Shown here piece by piece: positions 1 to 13,277 of a stretch of 64,000 bases of DNA; within the stretch, counting starts at the first letter, position 1, and each line of letters opens with the position of its first letter. The stretch spans positions 32,116,001 through 32,180,000 of the forward strand of contig NC_043010.1 in assembly GCF_006345805.1 (NCBI RefSeq). The letters run 5' to 3'. The stretch is from Octopus sinensis (lineage: Eukaryota). Below the pieces are notes generated by a model, which did not search any database, was not told the origin of the DNA, and saw only the letters and a program-made list of their open reading frames with translations. The translations under genes were made by a program, and so were the position numbers.

Positions 1-142
1 TTCGCTGGTACTTAATTTATTGACCCTGAAAGGATGAAAGGCAAAGTTGACCTTGGTGGAATTTGAACTCAGAATGTAGCAATGAGCGAAATACCACTTA
101 GTACTTTGTCCAGCATGCTAACAATTCTGCCTGCTTGCCACC
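1..142 (-). mobile_element. tRNA-derived SINE family A, 5' part (cut by window edge)
   Basis: Reverse complement gives GGTGGCAAGCAGGCAGAA...TTCTGAGTTCAAATTCC (A/B-box-like head) and GCCTTTCATCCTTTCAGGGTCAATAAATTAAGTACCAG, matching the other family A copies in the window. Confidence 0.85.
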
Positions 143-158
143 TTATTATTATTATTAT

Positions 159-201
<43 letters not shown>

Positions 202-682
202 GATGATGGTGGTGATGATGATGATGGTGTGATGTGATGTGTTGGTCGAAGTGTTTGAGCATTAAACAGAATATCTTGTAGAATATATTAACAGCTTTTA
301 TGTTCAAATCCTGTTGAGGGGTATGTTGCTTTTATATTTCTGGGATCAATAAAATAAAGCATCAGTCAAGTACAAGAGTTGATTGAATTGACTAAACTCC
401 TCTCTACAAATCTCTGGCCATGTGCCAATATCAAAAACGATTATTATTATTATAAAGACAATGAGCTGAGGAATCATTAGTACTGGAAAATAACTTTGAG
501 GCATTTGTTTTAACTCTTTATATTTTGAGTTCATATCTCACTAAAGTCAACGTCACTTTTCATTCTTTCTGGGTCCATGAAGTTATATACTTGTGAAGTA
601 TTGGGTTTGATGTAATCAACAAAACCCCCATCTCAATGCCTGATCTTATACTGCTACCAACAAAGTTTCTATCTCACCCTTC

Positions 683-800
683 TGTAGAAATGAAAGAGAA
701 AATTGAGGAGTACATCAGAAGGATGAGGAAGTTAATGAAGTTAAAACTAAATAGTCTAAATCTCATGAAGGCTGTATATACTTGTGCCATATTGTTAGCA
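683..800 (+). pseudogene. Dong/R4-type LINE fragment (region just downstream of RT)
   Basis: Peptide EMKEKIEEYIRRMRKLMKLKLNSLNLMKAVYTCAI resembles the R4-clade motif EMKEKI..EY.RR.RK.LK.KLN..N.IKAINTWA (recognised by eye). Confidence 0.6.
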
Positions 801-1702
801 AATCTAGACTATTACTATTTTTTGTCTCTATCTTTGCAAATCTGTCATGAAAGCTTTCTCTTGCTAGTTGGATTTTATTCATTTTTCTGGTTTTTAACTA
901 CATTTGGCTTTTTAGTTTTCCTATCTCTGTCTCAAAAGTTAGATGGGTACAAAGGTAATACAGACAGACAAGCACACCCACACATTTACACCTACATACA
1001 CAAATGAAGACTGAAACACATTACCATATACACACATGCACACTTCACACACACATGCACACTCACGAACACATATGGAGATACACATCCATACATAACC
1101 ACACAAACCTATACACATAGATGCACTCAAACATGCACATACAATGTGACACAGGTACACACACAAATACACACACAAACACACAAACATGAACACATAA
1201 ACACATGAATATGTAAAATACATACATATATATATATATATATACATGTATATATATATATATGCATACACACATAGATACATGCATACACATACATACA
1301 TACATACATACATACATACATACATACATACATACATACATGCATATGTGTATACACATGCACACAAACAAGCAAAAAGAACTCAGCTCTGATAATGGAC
1401 AGAGTCAACGACTATTGAAGAGGTCACAAGATGCAATGAAAATTTTAGAAAGAATAAATAATTAAATGAGTGGAAATCGAACCAGTGAGCATGTTAAGTA
1501 ACAAGACACTAAAAGAGAATGATTTTCTCCAGACACAATAAAATATATTTTTTTTATTCTTACTAAAAAAACTTCAGATCATCTGTGTAGAGCAAATGGT
1601 TAATTTTTCCTTCACTATTTCTAAATTGCTAACCTGTCTTTGCTTTTCTTAATACTAAACTGAGTGTGTAGAAGAGAAGACTGTGTTGGTATGGTTATGT
1701 AA

Positions 1703-1933
1703 GGCAGTGAGCTGGCAGAGACGTCAGCACGCCGGGCAAAATGCGTAGCCATATTTCGTCTGCCATTATGTTCTGAGTTCAAATTCCATCGAGGTCGACT
1801 TTGCCTTTCATCCTTTCGGAGTTGATTAAATAAGTACCAGTTACACACTGGGGTCGATATAATCGACTTAATTCATTTGTCTGTCCTTGTTTGTCCTCTC
1901 TGTGTTTAGCCCTTTGTGGGCAGTAAAGAAATA
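1703..1933 (+). mobile_element. SINE family A, full length
   Basis: tRNA-like head, central GCCTTTCATCCTTTCGG segment, AAAGAAATA end; 15-bp target site duplication ggtatggttatgtaa (1688-1702) / ggtatggtcatgtaa (1934-1948). Confidence 0.92.
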
Positions 1934-1984
1934 GGTATGGTCATGTAATGTGTATGGATGAGGACAGCTGTATAAAGAAGTGCC

Positions 1985-2460
1985 GATCCCTAAATGCGGG
2001 AACATAGAATATGGTGGTGAAACATGATCTTTGAACATCGGGCTTCATGGTGGCAATTACAAGTGACTGAGGCCTTTGAATATATGCTGTACTTGAGAAG
2101 ACCCATCAAGCCAAATGAAATTGTAGTCATGGCTGGTGCTGGTGTCATGTAACTGTCAGTGGCATGTAAAAGCACGCTTCAAACATTGGGCCTCACAGAG
2201 GCAGTGATAAGTGATTGAGACATTTGGCAATATGCTGTGCTTGGGAAGATCCAGCAAGCCGAGTAAAAATCATAGTTGTGGCCAATGCCAGTGTTACATA
2301 CCTGTCACCTGTGCTGGTAGCACATACAAACCACCCATTACATTCTTGGAGTGCTTGGTATTAGGAAAGGCATCCAGCCATAGATACCATGCCAAATCAG
2401 ATTGGAACTTGATGTAGTTTCTGTCAGACCCATGCCAGCATGGAAAGCAGACACTAAATG
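1985..2460 (+). mobile_element. Family D: 5'-truncated RTE-type LINE 3' end
   Basis: Contains a degenerate version of the WDEVVKHDL..TLGLT C-terminal coding segment, the TTAGGAAAGGCATCCAGC motif, and ends in a (GAT)n tail like the other D copies. Confidence 0.7.
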
Positions 2461-2502
2461 ATGATGATGGTAATGATGATGATGGTAATGATGATAATGG
2501 TA

Positions 2503-2574
<72 letters not shown>

Positions 2575-2640
2575 GTGGTGATGATGGTGATGGTGATGAT
2601 GATGATGATGATGATGATGAGGATGAGGATGATGATAATA
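2458..2640. repeat. (GAT/GGT)n microsatellite, expanded tail of the family D copy
   Basis: About 180 bp of triplet repeats directly after the D 3' end. Confidence 0.95.
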
Positions 2641-2642
2641 AA

Positions 2643-3160
2643 GAGTCTCCTTGGAAAATTCCTGTCTTGATATTAATTTGTCTTAAGGCTATATCACCTG
2701 ATCTACTTTCCATTTCCTCATGCTATAGCTAATTAAATCTCTTATGTTGTCTGCCATACTGAAAATATTCAAACATTTACGTATCTATGAGTGTGGCATC
2801 ATATCATAGGCTTTCTTATCATCTATCCATACTATTGTTAAATTTTTCTTTCTAGATTACACTTCTTTTAGAACTACTTTGTCTTTGTATAGTAGATCAT
2901 GCTTCCCTTCTAGCCTTCTTCCTGCAACCTCCTGGAACTAAATCCTGGCTGTCAAGGTGCTCATAAATGCTTTCTGAAAGCATACCTGTTAACAACTTCC
3001 ACACTAATGGTAAGCAAATGGATGATCTATAATTACTGACTATATTGCTCCTGTTTTTGTCTTTCTGAAGGAGTACAGTTCTCCTTCTAGTCACCCAATT
3101 AAGTACGACTCCTCCATTCAGCCAATCCTGAAGTTGTTCCCTCAGTCTCCTATGTAAGGT
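2643..3160 (-). pseudogene. Dong/R4-clade LINE reverse transcriptase fragment
   Basis: Minus-strand peptides with stops and frameshifts: WVTRRRTVLLQKDKNRSNIVSNYRSSICLPLVWKLLTGML, WIDDKKAYDMMPHS, INIKTGIFQGDSL (RT motifs). Confidence 0.85.
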
Positions 3161-3179
3161 TCTAATTTTTTTTAACCAT

Positions 3180-3410
3180 TATCATCATCATTTAGCATCC
3201 CTCTTCTATGTATGCATGGGTAGGACGGTTGACAGGAACTGACCTGGCAGAAAACTACCCCAGGCTGTTGTGTTTGTTTTGGCAGGGTTTTTATGGATGG
3301 ATGCCCTTCCTAACATCAACCACTCTGCAGAGTGGACTCAGTGCTTTCTATGTGGTGCTAGCACAGGCAAGGTTAGTTTTAGCATGATTTGTAATGCTGG
3401 TGAACAAGAT
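3180..3410 (-). mobile_element. Family D (RTE 3' UTR) fragment
   Basis: catcatcatttagcatcc...ggatgcccttcctaac, the reverse complement of the D 3' end. Confidence 0.7.
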
Positions 3411-3444
3411 GAACAGTTTACAGTGTGAACAGGATGCTTTTTAT

Positions 3445-3620
3445 ATAGCACCTGATGTTGCATGTAGGACGGTTCTGGCTATCAACTGAATCCATTGTAA
3501 AGATTGCCCCACCACCTTCCTTTAACCAGAAAGGGAAGGCTGTGCTTATATGCCTGCTAGCCATGGCAAAAGAGATTGTATGGTGGATGAGAATGAAGGG
3601 GCTGAAGACAAACACTGTGT
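3445..3620 (+). pseudogene. L1/Tx1-like LINE C-terminal fragment
   Basis: Peptide LSTESIVKIAPPPSFNQKGKAVLICLLAMAKEIVWWMRMKGLKTNT resembles the Tx1/L1 ORF2 end (L.A.AK..IW..R); recognition by eye only. Confidence 0.45.
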
Positions 3621-3831
3621 TACTGTATATGCTAATGTATATCAATGTGTGGAGCAATATTTTAATTTATGCATGTGTATATCAATGTATAAAGCTATTT
3701 TTTATTGTATGTCTGTATGAATATGTTAATATGTGTGTGTTTATGACTCTGTACAAGTATGCATGAATTAGTGCATTATGTATGTGTAGCAATGTCTGAG
3801 TCTGCATGTGTGTGTGTGTATTTGCACACAT

Positions 3832-3889
<58 letters not shown>

Positions 3890-4656
3890 CTGAATGTTTA
3901 AATATAATTGCTGTAAATTAAATGTAAATTTTAGTTCCTCAATCAGTGAAAGATATGAGGGCGGAGTAGGGCTACAGTTAGTAGGAATAGAAGATGTGTG
4001 TGATGTTATTTAGCCCCTGTGCAGACCTATTATTAAAGACAATCTAACCATGACCATCCCATTTAAAAAAAAATATTTGAGACAACAGTCAAATGTGTCC
4101 TTCATGGTTTGAGACACAGTCAAACGTGTCCTTCATGATTTAGCTGTAACAGTGTTATTTGAGGGAGATCTGGTTGCTATATTTAGTAAAAGCAGTGTGT
4201 AAGGACTTCAGTAGCAGTTGGTGTGCAACGTTGTTGGTAGACAAGAGATGTAACTAAATGGATTGGATGTATTTACATTCAAAATGGGAACAGATTAAGA
4301 AATGAGACCTAAATAAAGTACATGATTGACAAACTTTTACTGATTAATGGTGAATGATTGAAGTTGAAGAGGTTAGAGACTGAAAAGAGATTAATTAGTG
4401 GTAGAACAAGATTATGGAACTGTGTATGTGTATGCAAAGTGGTTTGGGTGCTGATGTATGTATAAGTGTGTGTCTGTATATTTATGTGTATATGTTTGTG
4501 AGTGTCTGTGTGTGTAACTTTACATATATTCATGTATGTATTTATTTATCTATATATTTATTTCTTTGAGATTTAATGAAGCTTTTCTTCATAGAATTCA
4601 AGTCTGGCTCTAACAAAATGTTAAAGCTTTATTTTGTTTTGTCAAGACAGTTTATC

Positions 4657-4901
4657 TCTTATCTTTCACTTGTTTCAGTCATTTCACTGTGGCCATGTTG
4701 GGGCACCACCTTGGAGGGTTTTAGTTGAACAAATCGACCCCAGAATTTATTTTTAAGCCTAGTACTTATTGTGTTGGTCTCTTTTGCTGAACCACTTAGT
4801 TACGAGAGGTAAGCAGACCAACACCAGTTGTAAAGCAGTTGTGGGGAGCAAACACAGACACAAAGACCCATATACATACATACATACATACATACATACA
4901 T

Positions 4902-4940
<39 letters not shown>

Positions 4941-5182
4941 CATATATACATTATTCCCTGTAAGTTAGGAATAATATTCCCTCAAATAATTATTATACAT
5001 ATATACATATACACACATACACATATGGTGGGCTTCTTTCAGTTTCTATCCACCAAATACACTCACAAGGCCTTGGTCAGCATGAGGCTATAGTAATAGA
5101 CTCTTGCCCAAAGTGCCATGTGATGGGACTGAACATGGAGCCATGTGGTTGGGAAGCAAGCTTCTTACCACACAGCCATACC
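4657..5182 (-). mobile_element. tRNA-derived SINE family B
   Basis: Reverse complement has head TGGCTGTGTGGTAAG...GGTTCAGTCCC, TTGGGCAAG segment, internal TA/TG microsatellite and tail CAGTGAAATGACTGAAACAAG. Confidence 0.85.
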
Positions 5183-5384
5183 ATCCAGAAGTTTGTGAAT
5201 ATCAGTTAGTTTTTGCATATATATATAGATACATGTGTGGATGTACTTTCACTCATATAATGGATGTGCACATTTCTGGAGTACATACATATATGTATGC
5301 CTTAAGTATATATGGGATTATGTATATATGTAGGAAACTCAAATAGAGAATCCTTGACATGATTTACAAGTGCTCATCTATTGT

Positions 5385-5812
5385 TCAGTTCCATGCACCA
5401 CCTTGGTGAGTGTTTTCTCCTATAGCTCTACAAGCCAAGCAATGTGTGTGGAAGCCCATCGTGTGTGTGTGTGTGTATGTGTTAGTGTGTTTGTGTGTGT
5501 GTGTGTTAGTGTGTTTGTGTGTGTATGTATTTGCCTGCATCTCTGTTTGTTCTCCCCATCACCACCACTTGACAAGAAGTGTTGTTTTGTTTATATCCTT
5601 GTAACTTAGCAGTTCAGCTAAGAACTGATAGAATAAGTACCAAATGATAAAATAAGTGCCAAACGACAGAATAAGTACCAAGCTGATAGAATCTGATAGA
5701 ATAAGTAGCAAACTTTTAAAATAAGTATTAGGTTCAATTAGTTCAACTAAAGCCCTTCAAGGCAGTGTCCTAGCCTGGCCGCAACCCAATGACTGAGACA
5801 AGAAAAAGAAAA
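5385..5812 (+). mobile_element. SINE family B, degenerate
   Basis: Same body and tail order as 11628-12041 (gatagaataagtac, ccttcaaggcagtg...gactgagacaag), in opposite orientation to the neighbouring copy. Confidence 0.65.
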
Positions 5813-5893
5813 AAAATAGAGATATATTAGTTTTGGAGGAATAGTTTTTTTTTTATACCAATCTGTTGTTTGATAGTCCACTGTAGCACTTAC

Positions 5894-6446
5894 GATAATA
5901 AGTAGAAACTTAGCTGGGTACAAGAGTTGTAAATCCAAATTCATCATCATATGAGACATTCAGTCAAGACAAACCTCACGTCACCAGAGTTTGTGATTTT
6001 GCAATGCCACAACAAGGTCTCACCTTTCTTATCCTGGATCTTTAGTAATGATGTCTAAATAGGAGAGGTTATGACTTTTTCCACCATTTGGCTGAGATCT
6101 TTAAAAGACAAATGATTATGCTAGCTAATGTAGCTCTAAAGTAGTGGCCAAAATATTACACTCATTTATCTTTCTGTTGGCAAAATGAGTAAGAAACATG
6201 ATAATTTGTTTCATGATGGATGCATTTTTTATAAATGATTTTGTATCCTACAAGTGTAGGCATAATCTCTTCAACCTTGAAACTTTATAAGAGGAGTTCA
6301 TATCTATCAGCTATAAAGCAGAGCTAGTTTCATTCCTGCATTGTGTCTAGTCCTGTCTCATGATGTTGTGAAATTACCTGAGGGCAGCTCGAGGTTATCA
6401 ACAAAAGGGTGTGGGTGACATTAATTTTTTCATTCATATTTGGAAC
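5894..6446 (-). CDS. Speculative chain of three short exons (6446-6378, 6054-6024, 5913-5894)
   Basis: AG/GT-bounded, phase-compatible open segments splice to VPNMNEKINVTHTLLLITSSCPQ-TSLLKIQDKK-AKFLLII. No homology recognised; such pairs arise by chance in AT-rich DNA. Confidence 0.12.
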
Positions 6447-8330
6447 CTATCATGAGACTTTTGCGTTTTCTTAGTAGTGTCTATTGTAGTAGCCTGATAG
6501 CCTAATTCTGTTAGCTGTATTCATATATGTATTCATACATGTATGATCTTTTCTGCTTTTAAATATTTGAATTCTTCCTCTGGAGAAGAAACTGGGTTCT
6601 AACAAAGATACAAAGCTTCATTGTTGGAATGTTGACAACAAAGACAAATTCATGTTTAAAACTTGAGAAAAGCCTTGCACATTTTTACTGTTCCACTTAC
6701 AGATTGAAATCATAATGTCTGAGTTAGTTGGTTGATGTCTACTTGCCTGCCTGCCTGCCTATATGTATGTATTCATGCATGCATGTACATAGCTTCAGCA
6801 CACAAAACTATTGTTCTTAAAAAGAACATTACTATTAAAAGTGGCAGGAAGGTGCATTGACCTGCCAAGTATAAACACATATATTATGTGTAATACTATA
6901 TTTCTGTGCTATAACAATTTGTACATATGTTGGACTACTTTGAACTCAGAACTGTTTTCTCTTAGGGTTTCTGTAATGCTATATAATGTATTTACTTTTA
7001 TTGTTCTAACTGCTAATCTTTTTGCTATAAGTAAATATATTTTCACATTGTTTGTGTTATGGCAAACTACAAGAAGACTCCTGCTGGGAGGCTTCTGTTG
7101 AGTTTTGAACCCTCACACTTAGATTCCTTAGCTGAAGGTCATAGCCTGCCATTATTGCTATAAGAGGCAAGACCAGTTTAGGAAAATTGTGTTGCCATAA
7201 AAAACATTAACGCCTACATGAAAATGGCTTAGCAAATCAGATCAGCTGGTATGTAACCAAGTGAAATGAAACCATTCCACCAAATAGCATGTTTGAATTT
7301 TCTAGAAACCCTATGGAGCATTATAAAAACTGGGATTTGGGGTTCTCAAGCAAGTAAGCTCTGGTCTTGTGAGTGGATTTGATAGATGGAAACTGAAAAA
7401 AGCCCATTGTACTCTTCAAGGTGGTGCCCCAGCATGGCCATTGTCTGATGACTGAAGCAAGTAAAAGATAAACGAATATGCATGCAAGTAAAAGGTAAAC
7501 GGATATCTTAGATTGTACAAGACATGTAAGTCTTCCTGCATTCTGCTATGCCATATAGTGCACTGGCCTCGAGAGTAATCAGTTGAAATACTTAGGATCT
7601 TGCTTAAGTATGTCCCAAGCCTGTCAGCTGACTTTCTAGATCTTAAAAGACCCAGTGCTTCTAGTGGACACACAGAACTGGAACAAATTGTTGCAAGGCT
7701 TTCTACACAATTTTCCAACAATGCACATACATACATACATACATACATACAAACATACATACATACATACATACATACATACATACATACATACATACAT
7801 ACATACAAACATACTTACATACATAGGTGTGTGTATGTATGTGTGTGTAGACAAGGTTATAAAATAAAATTGATCTCTCCACAATTTGTACAGCATATGT
7901 TTCTGGTCTTGACTAGCTCCAGTGATTATTCTAACCAACCATGCATGACACAATGTGTCTGTTACTGATTGTAAGTGTTCTATAATTAAGAGAGAAACTT
8001 ATGGACATGATTAATGATTACTTTAATGATTCAAGTCTTAGATGTGTGGATCTTAGAATTCTATGAAACAGTGAGGAATTACACTTGGCTATCATCTGAG
8101 AAAACATTAAGAACATAAGAAATATTGTTCAGAACTGTTTAATGTCTGGAAAATAGACATTCACCATACACTTGTAATAGCAACAGCAACAAACAGCTTT
8201 AATCAGAAATGAATGGTTAAATTTCTGCAAGAATTTATGCTTCAATATAAATATCTAAAATCTTTAACTAACAGATTAAGCATAGATTACAAGTATTTTA
8301 ATAATAAATAGTAAATAATTGGTACATACT

Positions 8331-8723
8331 CTTTTACTTGTTTCAGTCATTTGACTGTGGCCATGCTGGATCACTGTCTTTAGTCGAGCAAATCGACCCC
8401 AGGACTTATTCTGTGTAAGCCTAGTACTTATTCTATCAGTCCCTTTTGCTGAACCACTATATTATGGGGACATAAACACACCACCATCAGTTGTCAAGCA
8501 ATGTTGGGGAGACAAACACAGACACACAAACATATAGATACACATAAATATACATATGCACGACGGACTTCTTTCAGTTTCTGTCTACCAAATCCACTCA
8601 CAAGGCTTTGGTCAGCCTGAGACTATAGTAGAAGACACTTGCCCAAGGTGCCATGCAGTGGGAATGAACCCGGAACCATGTGGTTGGTAAGCAAGCTACT
8701 TACCACACAGCCACTCCTGCGCC
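8331..8723 (-). mobile_element. SINE family B, full length
   Basis: Ends with cacagccactcctgcgcct (reverse complement of head AGGCGCAGGAGTGGCTGTG); tail ttgtttcagtcatttgactgtggcc. Confidence 0.9.
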
Positions 8724-9204
8724 TGTTTAGAAATATTAATTGTGTGACATTCATTGACAAATTATCTGGTTTTTCTTATTATACAATACAATAGCTATTG
8801 CAAACTTAACCATAAATAACAGCTTTCTAACACAATGAGAACACTGTGTATAGTCAATTATTATTATATTAATAACAAAATTCACAATTTTTAGAAGCTA
8901 AAGTGTAAAAATCTTAGTCCATAAAACATTTTTTATCTCTTCTCAGCTTTTATTATCATTTAGAAACTATTTTTGTGTGTGACTATTTTTTGGCCTTTCG
9001 TCAAAATTGACCAATGCTGGCATTGTTATTTTTATATACAATTAATTTTTGTGATCATAGAATTTCCCACAAGATATCTGCTAGATATTTCAACAAATTA
9101 TATGAAGATTTCAGATATTCACAGCCAGTAGACTGTAGTTTGCACATGAGAATTGTGCTCAAGATCTTTCATAGCATGGACAATTGATAGGATATATCTT
9201 TTTA

Positions 9205-9570
9205 AACCCATTTGATTGTTTCAGTTATGCTGGAGAACAACCTTGAAGAGTTTTAGTTGAACAAATCAACCCCTGTACTTTTGTACAAGTATGGCACTTA
9301 TTCTATCAATTACATTTGTCAAATTGCTAAATTGTGGGGATGTAAACAAACCAATATTGGTTGTCAAGCAGCGGGAATGGTGGTAAACACAAACACATAC
9401 ACATGCATGCATGCACACACACACACACGAGACTCCTACACAGTTTCCATTTACCAAACCCACGCACGAAGCATTGGTTTAGCCTGTGGTAATAGCAGAA
9501 AACACTTGCCCAAACTGCCATGCAGAGGGAGAGACTAAACCAAAAACTTTATGGCTGCAAAACCTTTTGT
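9205..9570 (-). mobile_element. SINE family B, degenerate
   Basis: gtttcagttatgctggag...acacttgcccaaactgccatgc matches the family B reverse complement. Confidence 0.65.
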
Positions 9571-11261
9571 TTGGCTAAAATCTTGTGATTATGTAACCAA
9601 TGTATTCTGTGAAAATTACGTCCACAAAATTAAAGAATATTCTGCCCATCTCACTTCAAACCACTGGGGAAATTACTTTGGAGGGAATGAATTAATTGCT
9701 TTAATGTGCTCTACCACTGAAGTCTGTTGTACTGATGAATTAAAAGAACAAAGCCAAACAAGAAGAAGTAAAACAGCTGGGGAATCTTTTCAATACTATG
9801 TTGTTGAATTTCTGCATTTGACTTGAATACATGTACAAGGTATGTTCTACACATACTGATTTCTGCACTGAACTCCTTTCACAGAGAATCCAACAGTGTC
9901 CCATATTCCCTTGTATCTGTAGTAGTGTAGTAATTCTCACTTTCATTAATACAGCAGACTGAAAAGATGGGCTGTAAATAGGCTTTACTCTTCTGAGAAT
10001 GAGAGTACAGGATCTGTCAGGAGTAGCTTTAGTCATTAACCTGGCTGGTCAGCAGACAGACATATTTAAATGCTATTTCTAAGCCTCATTTTCAACTAGC
10101 TTTAGTAAAATTGACAGTAGTAAATATAACGTATATATCAATAATATTAATACGCTTAGTTTTGTTTGTTTTTGTAAATACCTGTGGTGTGTGTCACACT
10201 TCAAAGGAAGAAGTGAATAGCAAAGCGAGAGAGAGGAGGACGGAGAGGAAGCAAGAGAGAAAGAGAGACAGACATACAGTGAGTGGTGACGACATTTGTT
10301 TTGTGTTTTTAAATGTTTCAGAGAGGAAGTAAGATAGAAACAGATAGAGAGAGTGAGAGAGACAGAAAGAGAGAAAGAGAGTATGAGAGAGACAGAGAGA
10401 GAGTGAAAGAGACAGTGAGTGGTGATGGAATTCGTTTTGTGTTTTTAAATGTATATCATATCGCAAGAAAAGTAGATACAAAGACACAGCAAATATTGGA
10501 TATCACTTAACACTTTTCATTACCATATGAGGATAAAATTATCTTGCAAGTGGCTGAGTACTCTACAAACATACATATCATTAACGTAGTTCTCAGGGAG
10601 ATTCAGCATTACACAGAATATAACAAGGCTGGCCCCTTTGAAGTGCAGCTACAGCTCATTTTGGCTAGCTGAGTGGACTGGAGCAAGATAAACCTTCAAA
10701 TGGTAGGAAGAAAACAGAAAAAGATCCTATATAGGGGCAGGAAAATCTTTTTAGTTGTTACAGTCACTATGGGTGTTAATCTGGTCCTAACAGCAGTATT
10801 TGCGGGTCTCACAGATCTGGCATTTCTGGGTCTCACAGGCTGTTATCATCAAACTGAGCGTGAGTTGAGGATGAATACATGATGGAATAGCAATTATTTC
10901 GTCTTAGCTTTCACTGCTTATACTAAACACATGGGCTCTGTTGTATATTTTGCAGTCTGCGATATATTCAAACATATCAGGGCCGATGTAATTGGTGAGC
11001 TGGTGGAATTTATCCTCTGCTGCTGCATTGAATGATTCTAGGAAGTTGGTAAAGGTAAAAGGCTAATGCTTCCATCGTTTTCTGGTAGTAGGTGAGGCTG
11101 GGTCAACATCGAAATTTTCCAGGCATAGTGCTTTGTTCATTTAGAAGAGTAAATTGTGGTAGTGTAGTAATTCTTAGTTTTCTTAATACAGGAGACTGAA
11201 AAGATGGGCTGTAAATCGGTTTTACTCTTCTAAGAATGAGAGTACAGTATAGTCAGGAACC

Positions 11262-11492
11262 TATTTCTTTACTACCCACAAGGAGCTAAACACAGAGAGG
11301 ACAAACAAGGACAGGCAAATGGATTAAATCGATTATATCGACCCCAGTGCATAACTGGTACTTATTTAATCAACCCCGAAAGGATGAAAGGCAAAGTCGA
11401 CCTTGGCAGAATTTGAACTCAGAACGTAGTGGCAGACGAAATACCGCTAAGCATTTCACCCGGCGTGCTAACGTTTCTGCCAGCTCGCCGCC
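11262..11492 (-). mobile_element. SINE family A inserted in the Gypsy LTR
   Basis: Full head-to-tail match to family A; imperfect flanking duplication gtcaggaacc / gtcatgaacc. Confidence 0.9.
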
Positions 11493-11627
11493 TTGTCATG
11501 AACCTGGCCTAGTCATGAACCTGGCTGGTCAGCAGACAGCCAAGTTTAAATATCATTTCTAAACCTCGTTTTCATTCCAAAGCCTCGTTTTCAATTGGCT
11601 GTAGTAATATTGACAGTAATATTGATA

Positions 11628-12041
11628 GGCGCAGGAGTGGCTGTGTGGTAAGTAGCTTGCTAACCAACCACATGGTTCCGGGTTCAGTCCCACTGCACGG
11701 CATCTTGGGCAAGTGTCTTCTGCTATAGCCCCGGGCCGACCAATGCCTTGTGAGTGGATTTGGTAGACGGAAACTGAAAGAAGCCCGTCGTATATATGTA
11801 TATATATATATATATGTGTGTGTATGTTTGTGTGTCTGTGTTTGTCCCCCTAGCATTGCTTGACAACCGATGCTGGTGTGTTTACGTCCCCGTCACTTAG
11901 CGGTTTGGCAAAAGAGACCGATAGAATAAGTACTGGGCTTACAAAGAATAAGTCCCAGGGTCGATTTGCTCGACTAAAGGCGGTGCTCCAGCATGGCCGC
12001 AGTCAAATGACTGAAACAAGGAAAAGAGAAAGAGAAAGAGA
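11628..12041 (+). mobile_element. SINE family B, young full-length copy
   Basis: GGCGCAGGAGTGGCTGTGTGGTAAG (A box), GGGTTCAGTCCC (B box), CpG-rich body, AG-rich tail. Confidence 0.92.
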
Positions 12042-12706
12042 GTAGTAAATACAGCATGGATAGTTACAGTAATAATATCAGTAATTATTATCACAGTGTC
12101 CTCTTTTGTTCTTGTTCTCTTCATTCTTTATATGATTGGTGTTTTTCAACTTCGTGTCAGTTCTAAATCTTCGAAAAGGAATTGCACATTCCCTGCTGTG
12201 TGAGATTCAGTTACTTCACCAATTCCCAAGAAAAGTGTACCTTCTTTACAGTAACCATCACTAATTTACTTAGCAGAAACTGATTTCTTCCTACATTCTG
12301 TTTGCTGAATTATCACATCTGATGGAAGCAGTTTCAACTGAGATTTGCTGTCAAAATCGATCTAGATCACTTTTAAAAGTCCTTTACGAAAATCATGATT
12401 AACGTATTGAAGTTCCCAATCAATAGCATTATATCTCACTGAGATTAAGTTTGCTTTTTATCCTTCCAGGGTCAATAAAGTAAAATACTAGGGTCGATTT
12501 AATCAGCTAACTCCAACCCACCAAATCTATGACCTTGTACCTATATTAGAAGTGGATATATATATATTGGATGGCTTGTTACAATCTTATAGTATCTGTA
12601 TTTCAGAATCCTCTACCCTAGATAACTAGTTGTTTGTGGAAAGTGTGTCTTACATTCATTATATGAATCATATATTCACCTATCAATTTTATTACAAAAT
12701 GCACAG

Positions 12707-12925
12707 CTATGAAACTTCAGATGCCTTTTTGGTTGCATTGTATGAAGATGTTGTTTCCAAACATGTTTGATGAATGTCATTTATATAAATGAATAATATT
12801 CTCTCACCACACAGAAATAATGAAGCCTTAATTATAGTATGAGTATATAAATGAAATAAAGCTAATGTAGGCATACTGTTACCCAATGATATTATTACCT
12901 CCAACTGTCTTAAAGTAGATAACAT
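12707..12925 (-). pseudogene. Very old LINE RT fragment (possible)
   Basis: GERILFIYINDIHQTC resembles the GPLLF.IYINDL RT motif; the rest is unrecognisable. Confidence 0.3.
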
Positions 12926-13277
12926 AATGATCTTTTTTACATCCTATCAACCTCCATGATGAACATCATTCCAGCAACTTCTTTTCAATATTCTCTTCCT
13001 TCTTCTGTTCATATAATAGGTAGTTAATTGTAAAAGCCTTCACACTTTGCTACTCTCATATTGTTAATGCACAATCTACCTTTAATTTTCATCCAAAAGA
13101 CTTTCCTTGTGGCAAGGAATGCTTTGAAATATTTTATTTTATTAGAGTTACTTCTTGCTATTTGACTTTTACAGATACATGACTAGGTGGCTGCTCTGTC
13201 ACTGATTCCATTAGAGTTGTTTCTATACACACACTGTTGAGTTCTTGGTGGCTGCTTAGCTAGATTCAGTCTCTACA

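Larger units (their letters stand above)
9918..12068 (-). mobile_element. Ty3/Gypsy LTR retrotransposon remnant: two related LTR-like segments plus gag fragment
   Basis: Direct repeat 9918-~10143 versus 11155-~12068 (second copy split by SINE A and SINE B), both ending ...TACACTAC(C/T)ACA on minus. At 11125-10925: CLENFDVDPASPTTRKRWKH*PFTFTNFLESFNAAAEDKFHQLTNYIGPDMFEYIADC, a Gypsy Gag N-terminus pattern (DVDP....WKHW..TF.NF). Confidence 0.7.

Noticed and set aside
939-1465. ORFs of 60-160 aa rich in [12 protein letters not shown], poly-I/M/S/N here and throughout the window
   Set aside because: They are translations of (CA)n, (TA)n, (TACA)n and triplet microsatellites.
1703-1790. tRNA genes at the heads of SINE A, B and C
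   Set aside because: A/B boxes are present but there is no complete cloverleaf, and each continues into a SINE body with TSDs.
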